Positions 52,227 to 61,231 of a DNA stretch of 64,000 nucleotides are shown here, in pieces. Location of the stretch: NCBI GenBank assembly GCA_963662285.2, contig CAXXMV010000001.1, positions 832,001 to 896,000 on the forward strand, in the 5' to 3' direction. Made by a program: the position numbers and the translations under genes. Within the stretch, counting starts at the first letter, position 1; each line of letters opens with the position of its first letter. The notes beneath the pieces are model-generated. The model was not told the DNA's origin. It ran no database searches and worked only from the letters and a program-made list of their open reading frames with translations. Source of the stretch: a bacterium. GTDB lineage: Bacteria > Hinthialibacterota > Hinthialibacteria > Hinthialibacterales > Hinthialibacteraceae.

Positions 52227-52829
52227 TTACCCTATCGAATCAGGCGGAATATACCCCGGCCTAACTGAACTCATGTCTACGATATCGCTGCCTACCCGGT
52301 AGCGGCTTCCTCCCAGGTAATAAATCAAGCAAGCTTCACCAGTCCAATTATTATCATAATAACATTGCTCGGCAGTAACGCTAAGCACTTCCCCAGTAAT
52401 AAAAGGTCTGTCACCCACCGGAGAAATATGCCTGACGCGGCATTCAATACTGGCCATACAATTGCTTATCAGCAAGGGACTGACAGATTTAGCTCGGGTC
52501 GTAGTTAAATTCAAATGGCTGATTTTATCAACATCACGACCCGAATGAACTCCACAAAAATGGACAGCCTTGACCATTGAACCACCAGGGACGCCTAACA
52601 GGAAATCGCCGCTCTTACGTATAAAATGATAACTTATATTGCTCGGTTTAAGTGAAATTCCAATCAAAGGTGGATCCAAACTCATGGGTGAATACCAGAC
52701 AAGCGGCATCAAAGAATTATTGCGTCCACTTCGTGAAGAAAGGAGCAGCAACGGATGAGTTAGCAGCATTTTGGAAAAACAATCATTTGCAACTACAACC
52801 ATAAGAGTAACATCTCTTTCATTTATCAT
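52227..52829 (-). CDS. Flavin reductase-like (flavoredoxin family) protein
   Basis: SLDPPLIGI, CGVHSGRDVDK, IECRV, ITGEV. Confidence 0.85.
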   Translation of the reverse strand: MINERDVTLMVVVANDCFSKMLLTHPLLLLSSRSGRNNSLMPLVWYSPMSLDPPLIGISLKPSNISYHFIRKSGDFLLGVPGGSMVKAVHFCGVHSGRDVDKISHLNLTTTRAKSVSPLLISNCMASIECRVRHISPVGDRPFITGEVLSVTAEQCYYDNNWTGEACLIYYLGGSRYRVGSDIVDMSSVRPGYIPPDSIG

Positions 52830-52948
52830 TATATCATATAGACCAAACTAATGTGATAATCGTATATAAGCCATTATAATTAAATGTCTTAAAGCATAAT
52901 TTCATAAAAAAAATATCAATTCATGAACGATTGAATGCGCTATAACCG

Positions 52949-52977
52949 TTGCATTTCCGCGCTGCAATAATTACAAT
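52949..52977 (+). promoter_or_regulatory. Sigma-70-type promoter of the J-TPR/grpE/hsp70 operon
   Basis: TTGCAT-17 bp-TACAAT, about 75 bp before the GTG start. Confidence 0.5.
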
Positions 52978-53051
52978 CGCTCATACCGTACATATTTCTT
53001 AGCGCCAAATTCCTGGCGTTAACAGACCAAAAGAAATGAGAGTAAACGACT

Positions 53052-54326
53052 GTGGCTACTGAAAGCACAACACTGACTCGTTCACCATATCAAATACTTA
53101 AGATTTCACGCTGGTCAGATGTGGAAGAAATTAAAGCAAAATACTTCCAACTAGTGAAACAATTCAATCCTGAATATTTCCCTGATGAGTTTATAGAAAT
53201 TCGTACGGCTTATGATATATTAAAAGATGCAAATACTCGTGCGGCAACCGATGTGGAACTAATGGTAACGCCGCCAGCTTTCCATTGCCCGGATTTCCCT
53301 GACTTCCCAAAACAGATTTTATCCCTTTTCAAGTTAAATCAAGAATTAAAAACGCTCTGCGGAGACCGATCGCTTGAAAGCCTAACCGGGCAGGACCGTG
53401 AACAGGCCACCCATCTTTTGCGCGGAATCGGGCTTTATCACAGCTCTCACGATCAGATGGAAGAAGCCGTTCAATCCTGGGAGCAAGCCATTGCTCTTGA
53501 CGCCGATGATCAGTCATCTCTTCAAAACATTTATTTCGCCCGTTGGGCGGAAGGATGCAAAGCGGCTAATGAAGAACAATATGAAGCCGCCGAAAAATGT
53601 TTTACCGAGATTATCGAAAAAGGGGTGCAGCACGGCGCATTATATCAAAACCTTGCGCTTGCTCAGGAGAAACAAGGTAAAAAAGAAGAATCAGCCGAAT
53701 CCTGGAGTAAAGTTCTTGAATTCTACAATAAAGAACTTAAAGTAGACCCGGAAAACGATTACCTCAAACATTTCGTTATTGCAATTCATAAATATACCGG
53801 AGGAAAATTCATGGAAAGCGGACAAAATGTCTCAGTCGGCAATTCAGGATCTTCCAAAGAACTGGGATACGCCTGCATCCAAAAGGGCAACTGGAAACAA
53901 GCAGTTGACGCCTTCGAACGCGCCCTGAACGAAAACGAAGATGATGTAGATATTCTTTGCCAACTTGGCTGGGCTTATCTCAACACCAATGCTCATAACA
54001 AAGCGTTCCACATGTGGAATAGCGCCATGAAGAAAGCGCCGGGGAAACGGTCAATAGTTGATCATCTCGTGCGCGGCTATTCGGTGTTTGGCAAAAGACT
54101 CAAAGAACAGCGCATCTTCAATCAAGCTCTGGTTCAATTTAAAATAGCACTTAAGCATGAACCAAATAACCTTGAAATTAGACTTCTTTTGGCTGATACA
54201 TATTTCCAGATGAGAAATTTCACATCTTCGTTGCTAGAATACCAGAAAGTAATTGATATAGAGCCAAGAAACAAAGTTGCTCGTCAGGGTCTTAGAGAAG
54301 CTAAACGGCTTGGAGGGCTTCGATAA
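53052..54326 (+). CDS. J-like domain (HPD replaced by NPE) + multiple TPR repeats
   Basis: PYQILKI..EEIKAKYFQLVKQFNPE..FIEIRTAYDILKD..R J-domain signature; many TPR helices. Confidence 0.85.
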   Translation: MATESTTLTRSPYQILKISRWSDVEEIKAKYFQLVKQFNPEYFPDEFIEIRTAYDILKDANTRAATDVELMVTPPAFHCPDFPDFPKQILSLFKLNQELKTLCGDRSLESLTGQDREQATHLLRGIGLYHSSHDQMEEAVQSWEQAIALDADDQSSLQNIYFARWAEGCKAANEEQYEAAEKCFTEIIEKGVQHGALYQNLALAQEKQGKKEESAESWSKVLEFYNKELKVDPENDYLKHFVIAIHKYTGGKFMESGQNVSVGNSGSSKELGYACIQKGNWKQAVDAFERALNENEDDVDILCQLGWAYLNTNAHNKAFHMWNSAMKKAPGKRSIVDHLVRGYSVFGKRLKEQRIFNQALVQFKIALKHEPNNLEIRLLLADTYFQMRNFTSSLLEYQKVIDIEPRNKVARQGLREAKRLGGLR

Positions 54327-54853
54327 TGGGGTGGTTCCAAGGATCAATTGATCCCAAAGAGGCCTTTCCCATAGAAAACCTTCCCCTTGAGACAATGGGA
54401 AACCAAAAGGGTGATGCTCTTGCTTTACTATATAATCAACCTAAAGAGAATAATAATTCAGTTGGCAGACTTCCCGCTCCAATAAATATTGACAGACCGA
54501 AAGAAGATTTTTTCCGTAGAATTCTGCCAATTTTAGACGGTTTTGATAATATATTCCGCTATGCGGATCGAGCTAATCTTGAGGGTGATGATACTCTTTC
54601 AAATTGGTTGAAAACTCTTGAGACTTTATATAGAAGACTCTTATCTACTCTAGAAAAAGAAGGTCTTGTTGCGATAGAATCAAAAGGATTGCCGGTGGAT
54701 TTCTCGATACACGAAGTGATCGATACGCGTGAAGATCCAAATGTTTCAGATAACACTATTATCGAAGAGATGGTTAAAGGTTATAAGTTTGGCAGGAGAG
54801 TTTTAAGAGACGCAAAGGTTATTGTCGCCAAAAAAATCATACCGGGAAAATAA
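54326..54853 (+). CDS. grpE: GrpE-like nucleotide exchange factor (short form)
   Basis: LPILDGFD, LEKEGL..I..KG..D..HE, IIEEMVKGY..RVLRDAKVIV; TAATG overlap with the upstream gene. Confidence 0.85.
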   Translation: MGWFQGSIDPKEAFPIENLPLETMGNQKGDALALLYNQPKENNNSVGRLPAPINIDRPKEDFFRRILPILDGFDNIFRYADRANLEGDDTLSNWLKTLETLYRRLLSTLEKEGLVAIESKGLPVDFSIHEVIDTREDPNVSDNTIIEEMVKGYKFGRRVLRDAKVIVAKKIIPGK

Positions 54854-55006
54854 TCCGGTGAATTTATAGTATATTATTCAATAGTATTTCTTAGTATTGA
54901 TTAAAGATATTAATGCAGCTGGAGAAAACCAGCGACAAAAATTTAATTTTAAGATAATATATGATATCCGATGTATATAAAAAAGCATCGGGGGAGCAGG
55001 TATTTC

Positions 55007-56761
55007 ATGGCACGTATTTTGGGCATTGATCTTGGAACAACCAATTCAGTTGTTGCGATTATGCAAGGGGATTCACCAAGCATTATCCCCAATGATGTAG
55101 GAGACCGCATAACACCCTCCATCGTCTATTTTCAGGATAATGGATCTCTTTTAGTCGGGAAAAAAGCCCGTCGCGCTGCTGGTCTAAATCCGGAAAGATC
55201 CGTCTTTTCCATTAAAAGACACATGGGCACAGCGTTTAGAGTAGAAGTAGACGGTCAAAAACACACTCCTCAAGAAATCTCCGCCGCTATCTTGCAAAAG
55301 ATGAAAGTCGACGCCGAAAATTATTTAGGCGAAGAATGCACTCAAGCCGTCATTACGGTTCCTGCTTATTTTACCGATGCTCAACGCCAGGCGACTCGTG
55401 ACGCTGGTCAGATTGCCGGATTCCATGTTCGCCGCATCATCGACGAACCTACGGCTGCTGCAATTTCTTATGGTCTTGAAAAAGAACAAGATCAAGTCCT
55501 TATGGTCTATGACCTTGGCGGTGGAACCTTCGACGTTTCCATCATCGAGATGGTGGAAAGCGTATTTCAGGTTCTTTCCATCAAGGGTAACAACCACTTG
55601 GGCGGTGACGATTTCGACCAGAGGATCGTTGAATATCTGATTAAGCGATTCAAGGAAAAAGAAGGCATTGATCTATCCAATGACACCAAAGCGCTCTTCC
55701 GGCTCAGAGAAGCGGCTCAAGAAGCTAAAATTGAACTTTCTGGAGTAACCAATACGCAAATTATTATTGATGCGATTGCAATGACCTCCAGTGGTCCTTT
55801 GACTTTAGATGAAGAACTCACCCGCGCAAATTTCGAGAGTTTAGTACACGATCTCTTGGAAATGACTATCGAACCAACTCGGCAAGCCATTAAAGACGCT
55901 GGATTAACTCCTGAAGATATTTCTAATGTACTTCTGGTTGGTGGCAGCACGCGCATCCCGGCGGTTCAACAGTTAGTCGCCAAAATCGTTTCCAAAGAGC
56001 CTCGAAAAGACGTCAATCCTGATGAATGCGTCGCCTTGGGCGCTGCGGTTCAAGCCTCTATCCTGGCGCCGCTGGATGATGAATTGGAAATGACCTCTGC
56101 TGACCAGATCAGCAAAGACGGTCCGGTTATCGTCCACTTGACGCCTTTCTCACTTGGCGTAGGGTTATCTGACGACCGTTATGGGGTTCTAATTGAGAGA
56201 AACTCCACTTATCCGACTGAAGCGCGTGATATGTTCACCACTACCCGTGATTTCCAGTCCGCCATCAGCTTCCCGATTTACGAAGGTGAAGAGATGATCG
56301 CTTCTCAAAACACATTTCTGGATATGCTGCGCATCGACGATATTCCACCGGCGCCGCGCGGCGTGCCTAGGATTGAAGTCACCTTCCGTCTGAATCAAGA
56401 CCGTATTCTTGAAGCAACCGCCAAAGATTTAACCACTAACAGAGAAATCAGCATTACCGTTCTTTCTACCGATAACCGGTTGACTGAAGAGCAAGTTGGC
56501 GATCTACGTATAAAAGCCCATGAACGCGTTAATGTTATGGTTGATAAACGTAAAGAAGATGAGATGGCCAACGAAGTGGACAGCCTCGTGTTTCGCGCCA
56601 GACGACTCTTCACCGACCAGGAAGATCCTCTGGCAGAAGAGGCCATGCAGATTATAAGAGAATTGGAAAATGCGCGTAATGAATCCAATGAAGAGTCTGT
56701 ACAAGAGAAATTCGGTCAACTCTCTGAAATGCTGGCTAAATACGATTCAGACGACTATTGA
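55007..56761 (+). CDS. Hsp70/DnaK paralog (non-canonical)
   Basis: GIDLGTTNS, TVPAYF, EPTAAA, YDLGGGTFD, GGSTRIP, PAPRGVPRIEVTF; atypical linker and short lid. Confidence 0.93.
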   Translation: MARILGIDLGTTNSVVAIMQGDSPSIIPNDVGDRITPSIVYFQDNGSLLVGKKARRAAGLNPERSVFSIKRHMGTAFRVEVDGQKHTPQEISAAILQKMKVDAENYLGEECTQAVITVPAYFTDAQRQATRDAGQIAGFHVRRIIDEPTAAAISYGLEKEQDQVLMVYDLGGGTFDVSIIEMVESVFQVLSIKGNNHLGGDDFDQRIVEYLIKRFKEKEGIDLSNDTKALFRLREAAQEAKIELSGVTNTQIIIDAIAMTSSGPLTLDEELTRANFESLVHDLLEMTIEPTRQAIKDAGLTPEDISNVLLVGGSTRIPAVQQLVAKIVSKEPRKDVNPDECVALGAAVQASILAPLDDELEMTSADQISKDGPVIVHLTPFSLGVGLSDDRYGVLIERNSTYPTEARDMFTTTRDFQSAISFPIYEGEEMIASQNTFLDMLRIDDIPPAPRGVPRIEVTFRLNQDRILEATAKDLTTNREISITVLSTDNRLTEEQVGDLRIKAHERVNVMVDKRKEDEMANEVDSLVFRARRLFTDQEDPLAEEAMQIIRELENARNESNEESVQEKFGQLSEMLAKYDSDDY

Positions 56762-56802
56762 TCTTCTCGTCGTACTACCCCTTAGTCCTTTACTGCATTA
56801 TC

Positions 56803-56831
56803 ATGAGACGGCTAATCAGCCGTCTCATTTC
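56803..56831 (+). terminator. Hairpin terminator after hsp70
   Basis: atgagacggct-aatc-agccgtctcat, perfect 11-bp stem, weak T-tract. Confidence 0.7.
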
Positions 56832-57038
56832 GTTGATTGAGATTAATAGATTTTTTTCGTGACGCGCTATTCTTGTCAATCGTTACCATTTTAGAGAGTA
56901 GTTTGTATAATGACGTTCTGATACGCGTCTCTAAAAAATAAATAAACCTGATTTTTTAAATATATCGTGATTCGAATCCTGATTTATTTTTGAAGATTCG
57001 CTTCTAAAGTTTTCAGGTATGGAGAAAGGAATAATCGA

Positions 57039-58631
57039 ATGGATACCCTCCAGTGTCCTGCATGTGGAACCATAAACTCCGGACAAGCGTTAGTTTGCCA
57101 GGAGTGCAATGAAGACCTCAATACAATCAAAAACGTTCTCGATACAGCTAAACAGCATTACAACGAGGCGCTTGCCTTAGCGCAGAGTAATAGATTGGAT
57201 GAAGCTATCGGCCAGATAGAAGCGGCGTTAGCCATAACATCACATGATCCGAACTATCATCTCCTTCTGGGAACTCTGAATGCTCAAAAAGAGAACTATG
57301 ATGGCGCCATCATGGCATGGGAACGCTGCCTGTCTATAAATCCCGATATTGAAAAAGCTTACCACAACATCGAGAAAGCCCATCAAATGCACGAGGAGGA
57401 AGAATACGAGCAACGCAAGCGCCCTTTCCTGCTCGGCGCCATAGGCGCAGGCGTTGCGGCTGTTATATTCCTCTTTTCCACCGGATTCTTAGCTGGACAG
57501 CTCTATTTCAAGAATAGAGAAATCACTCAACTTACGTCAATCCTGGAAACAAAAAACAATGAGACCAATGACTGGCGTCAAAAATTTATCACCCTTAGTG
57601 AGAATTTCCCCAAAGAAGGTCTACAAGGGCTTCTAGCCCAAGTTTCACAATGGAAAACGCTGGCGGAACAACGTCAAATAACCATTGAACAAACTGAAGC
57701 ACGCTATAAAACCAGCATTGATCAACGTAATCAGGAAATTCAATCTCGACAGCAAAAAATCCAGGAATTAGAAAGTCAGATTGCCAATCTGCGCAAATCG
57801 ATAACTCAAATCAATCCATTAAGACACTCTCTCGTGGTCAAAAGCAAGGATATTGAAAAAAAAGATACTGTTATAAATGCGCAAAATGCCAAACTACTGG
57901 AAAACAAGAATCAAATCAGTCTGCTATCACAACAATTAGCAGCAGCGCAGCAACAAATCGATGCGAATAAAGCCAGTCATCAGGATGCTCTGACCCAAAC
58001 GCAATCCAACGCTGGTAAAGAGATCGAAAACCTGCGTATAGAGATACAAAAACTGCTCGACCAAATTGCCGAGAAAGATCGTGAATTGACCGACTTGGAA
58101 TATGCCGATAATTTAGTCGTAGAAGCGATTCAGAAATTTGAAGACAATAAATTCACCGAATCTTCATCTCTGGTTCAAAATGCTCTGGAACGGAGAAAAG
58201 ATCACGCTCCTTCTCTTTATATCCAAAAAAATCTTCAAACAATTCTTTCTAATCCAGTAGAAGAGGAAGTCTATCGACAGATTGCAGCAAACCGACCATC
58301 AATGCGTACTCAAATTCGTACAGAATTAGCCAACCGGAAAATAAACCAGGCCATGAACTATCTTGGCCAAGGAGAATTCGATAACGCTATTAAAACCGCT
58401 CAGACCACCTTGGCTTTTCTCTCTGCTGATTCAAACGAAGCAAAACAATGCAACCAGCTAATTCAAAAAGCCGAAAAAGATGAAGCGGATATAACCCGTC
58501 AACTTTCTGAAGCGCGTATCTACATTGACGACAAAAATTTCAGAAAAGCCAAAACGCTACTGAAAGATATAATTAAGCGGTCGCCGTCTTTCACCGAAGC
58601 AAGCGTTCTTTTAGGCCAGATTGATCAATAA
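57039..58631 (+). CDS. Zn-ribbon + TPR + TM + long coiled coil + TPR protein (paralog of 30288-31880)
   Basis: CPAC..CQEC; HYNEALALA..LDEAIGQ..LLGT.AQK..AWERCL..NIEKA; TM; coiled coil; YADNLVVEA. Confidence 0.82.
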   Translation: MDTLQCPACGTINSGQALVCQECNEDLNTIKNVLDTAKQHYNEALALAQSNRLDEAIGQIEAALAITSHDPNYHLLLGTLNAQKENYDGAIMAWERCLSINPDIEKAYHNIEKAHQMHEEEEYEQRKRPFLLGAIGAGVAAVIFLFSTGFLAGQLYFKNREITQLTSILETKNNETNDWRQKFITLSENFPKEGLQGLLAQVSQWKTLAEQRQITIEQTEARYKTSIDQRNQEIQSRQQKIQELESQIANLRKSITQINPLRHSLVVKSKDIEKKDTVINAQNAKLLENKNQISLLSQQLAAAQQQIDANKASHQDALTQTQSNAGKEIENLRIEIQKLLDQIAEKDRELTDLEYADNLVVEAIQKFEDNKFTESSSLVQNALERRKDHAPSLYIQKNLQTILSNPVEEEVYRQIAANRPSMRTQIRTELANRKINQAMNYLGQGEFDNAIKTAQTTLAFLSADSNEAKQCNQLIQKAEKDEADITRQLSEARIYIDDKNFRKAKTLLKDIIKRSPSFTEASVLLGQIDQ

Positions 58632-58645
58632 ACACACAGTAAACT

Positions 58646-58689
58646 AGTTGGTGAAATGCTTGGGATCACCCGGCATTTCACCAACTTTT
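58646..58689 (+). terminator. Long hairpin after the TPR gene
   Basis: agttggtgaaatgc...gcatttcaccaact followed by ttt. Confidence 0.7.
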
Positions 58690-58927
58690 ATGTTGTAAAT
58701 CCAGCAAATAAATCCATTTAACATAAATGCCATCAGGTTAATAAACTATCAGTTAATTGGCGCCCTCTCTTAGTTTTTCTCATTCATCCATTTTTATGCA
58801 GTTCCAGATTGGATAATTCATCCGTTTTGCGTTACCATTATAGTAATTGATATGAGGATGTCTTTATTTTCTAAATTACATAATTTCAGAAACCGCTATA
58901 GCGGAAATTTAACAACGGATTCATCGT

Positions 58928-59695
58928 ATGTATTCAGATCAGATCAAATTATTGCTTGAGCAGGTTCGTGGAAATAGCATCTCCATTGAAGACGCTATGA
59001 CTGCTCTCAAACACCTGCCCTATGAAAGTTTAGGATTCGCCACAATTGATCACCACCGCTCATTGCGGCAGGGAGTACCTGAAGTAATATTCTGTCAAAA
59101 CAAGACGCTTGAAGAGATTACTGAAATTATTCATTGTCTACAAAACAAGAATCAGCCTGTACTGGCAACCAGAGCAACGCAGGAAACCTTTGAAGCATTA
59201 AAAGATATTTTCCCTGATGGTGAATTTTATGAACGATCCCGCGTAATCACCATCGGAGGTGATCATGCGCCTACTCCAGTTGGAAATGTTTTAATCGCCT
59301 GCGCCGGGACTTCTGATCTGCCGGTTGCTGAAGAAGCCGCTGTCACTGCTCAGTTCACCGGATCGAACGTGACCCGGTTAACCGATGTCGGCGTAGCAGG
59401 CATCCATCGTTTATTGGGTCGCCTGGATATTATCCACCAGGCCAATGCTATTGTGGTGGTTGCAGGTATGGAAGGCGCTTTAGCCAGCGTTATTGGAGGT
59501 TTAGCCGAGGCGCCTGTTATCGCCACGCCCACCAGTGTGGGATATGGCGCCAGTTTCGGCGGCATTGCTGCTCTTCTATCAATGCTGAACAGTTGCAGCG
59601 CAGGCGTTACGGTAGTTAATATAGATAATGGTTTTGGAGCCGGATTCGCGGCCAGTTTGATCAATAAACGCATCTGCCAAGCCAAAACGGAGTAA
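58928..59695 (+). CDS. larB: Nickel-pincer cofactor biosynthesis carboxylase LarB (PurE-like)
   Basis: DHHRSLRQGVPEV, AGTSDLPVAEEA, DVGVAGIHR, AGMEGAL, PTSVGYG, VVNIDNGFGA. Confidence 0.92.
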   Translation: MYSDQIKLLLEQVRGNSISIEDAMTALKHLPYESLGFATIDHHRSLRQGVPEVIFCQNKTLEEITEIIHCLQNKNQPVLATRATQETFEALKDIFPDGEFYERSRVITIGGDHAPTPVGNVLIACAGTSDLPVAEEAAVTAQFTGSNVTRLTDVGVAGIHRLLGRLDIIHQANAIVVVAGMEGALASVIGGLAEAPVIATPTSVGYGASFGGIAALLSMLNSCSAGVTVVNIDNGFGAGFAASLINKRICQAKTE

Positions 59696-59700
59696 TCAGG

Positions 59701-61092
59701 ATGATAGATTCTTTTTCCCAACTCAATCCATTCAGGCGAAGTTATGCCCTCCTGCTTAAATGTTGTATTCTGCTAATCATTTCTTTGTCCACGCTTACGC
59801 TTTATGCTGATATAGTCACGCTTAAAGACGGCGCCACTTTGCGCTGTCAGGTGATCCGGGAGACCCAGTCGCCTGCCACAGGTGAACGCTATATCGAAAT
59901 CCGCATCGCCCAATCGATTATTTGGATTAACCGGGATGCAGTGGATCGGATCGACTCCACTCCGCCGCCTCAATCCACCAGCCTTGAAATGCAACAATTG
60001 ATAAAACGTTTGACTGCGGAAGGCATATTGGTTCCTTCAGTTCAAAAACAACTAGATTTTGACCAGAAGATAGTTCCAGAACCAGAAAAAGAGCAGAAAA
60101 TCCCCATAACTATCACAGACCTGCGCGGTTGGGCTTATATCTACCAAAACGAAAAGGCCATGAATGATGGACAGCGCATACTAGTGGCCATTGGTGATAC
60201 ATTGCCGCTTGGTTATATCCTTTCGCTTTCTCCTAATACCCGTATGACAATGAACTTAAAAGATGTGGGAGACATTGGGCTGGAAGCGGGAGCAGAAATT
60301 CGCTTTGATGAGATGACCAAAAACTCTTCAATGCTAAAATACACAATAGCGCTGCGACTGGAAAAAGGGCGCTGCTGGTTTGATATTAAATCAACCGAAA
60401 ATGTCATCCTCCGCACCAATTCAGTTCGCTGCATAATCCAGGAAGCTGTATTCTTTACCAATACTACAGATAAACCCGGCGCAATAGATATTACATACCT
60501 AAGAGGGAAAGACAGTCTCCGCTTTTCCAGAAACAGATTATCCGAAGAACCATCTATGGTTGATGTCGGGCAGATTCTGAAAGTTGATCCGGCGTCAAAT
60601 AAACTCCCTGTAGAAGCGGCATCCAACATTTCCGATCTGGAAGAGACAATAAAAACTTGGAAGGATTGGCAGCCTGAAAAATTGGATATTGCCATCGAAC
60701 AGGTTATTCCGCCATTAATGACCTTCCCTTCATTCCGGGCGCTGCCAGCGTTGCATCCTTACAAATTGAATATTGATCAAAGTTTAATGCTGCCGCCCGA
60801 AACCCGCAGTTTGGGTGAGATTCTCAACGTCTACAAAAAAGCGCTGCAACAATACCGAATCGACACTGGCGCTTATCCAACTTTTGATCAGGGTTTGGAC
60901 GCATTATTTCAAAGTAATGATAAAGCCGGATGGAAGGGTCCATACGTTTCGTTGGCTCTGCCGCGGCGTGATTCATGGGGTGAACCTTTCTTATATGATA
61001 TTTACACTGAAAAAGGGCGTACTTACGTAGATATCCGCAGCAAAGGACCCAACCGCAAAGATGATAAAGGATTGGGAGATGATTTCCGTTAG
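59701..61092 (+). CDS. Exported protein: N-terminal beta domain + FecR-like domain + C-terminal GspG-like domain
   Basis: Signal/TM then ADIVTLKDG; FecR-like ALRLEKGRCW..RTNSV; ALQQYRIDTGAYPT.DQGLDAL..WKGPY..DSWGEPFLY..SKGP..GDD. Confidence 0.7.
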   Translation: MIDSFSQLNPFRRSYALLLKCCILLIISLSTLTLYADIVTLKDGATLRCQVIRETQSPATGERYIEIRIAQSIIWINRDAVDRIDSTPPPQSTSLEMQQLIKRLTAEGILVPSVQKQLDFDQKIVPEPEKEQKIPITITDLRGWAYIYQNEKAMNDGQRILVAIGDTLPLGYILSLSPNTRMTMNLKDVGDIGLEAGAEIRFDEMTKNSSMLKYTIALRLEKGRCWFDIKSTENVILRTNSVRCIIQEAVFFTNTTDKPGAIDITYLRGKDSLRFSRNRLSEEPSMVDVGQILKVDPASNKLPVEAASNISDLEETIKTWKDWQPEKLDIAIEQVIPPLMTFPSFRALPALHPYKLNIDQSLMLPPETRSLGEILNVYKKALQQYRIDTGAYPTFDQGLDALFQSNDKAGWKGPYVSLALPRRDSWGEPFLYDIYTEKGRTYVDIRSKGPNRKDDKGLGDDFR

Positions 61093-61231
61093 GAATTTTT
61101 GCTGCTCAACAGCCACCTGAGATAATCAATTTGTCATAGGGATTGTTTTTGCAGCCGTTTTCCATCAATCTATTAATCAGGATTTATATATACTGATTAG
61201 ATAAATATTCTAAAACATGAGGAGAGTAAAT

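Noticed and set aside
52999-53022. Inverted repeat ttagcgcca-N6-tggcgttaa upstream of the Hsp70 operon, reminiscent of CIRCE
   Set aside because: Arms and spacing do not fit TTAGCACTC-N9-GAGTGCTAA. It may be another operator or a 5' UTR hairpin, but I cannot support a call.
56960-56985. ttcgaatcc T-loop-like motif suggesting a tRNA
   Set aside because: No acceptor, D or anticodon stems can be formed around it.
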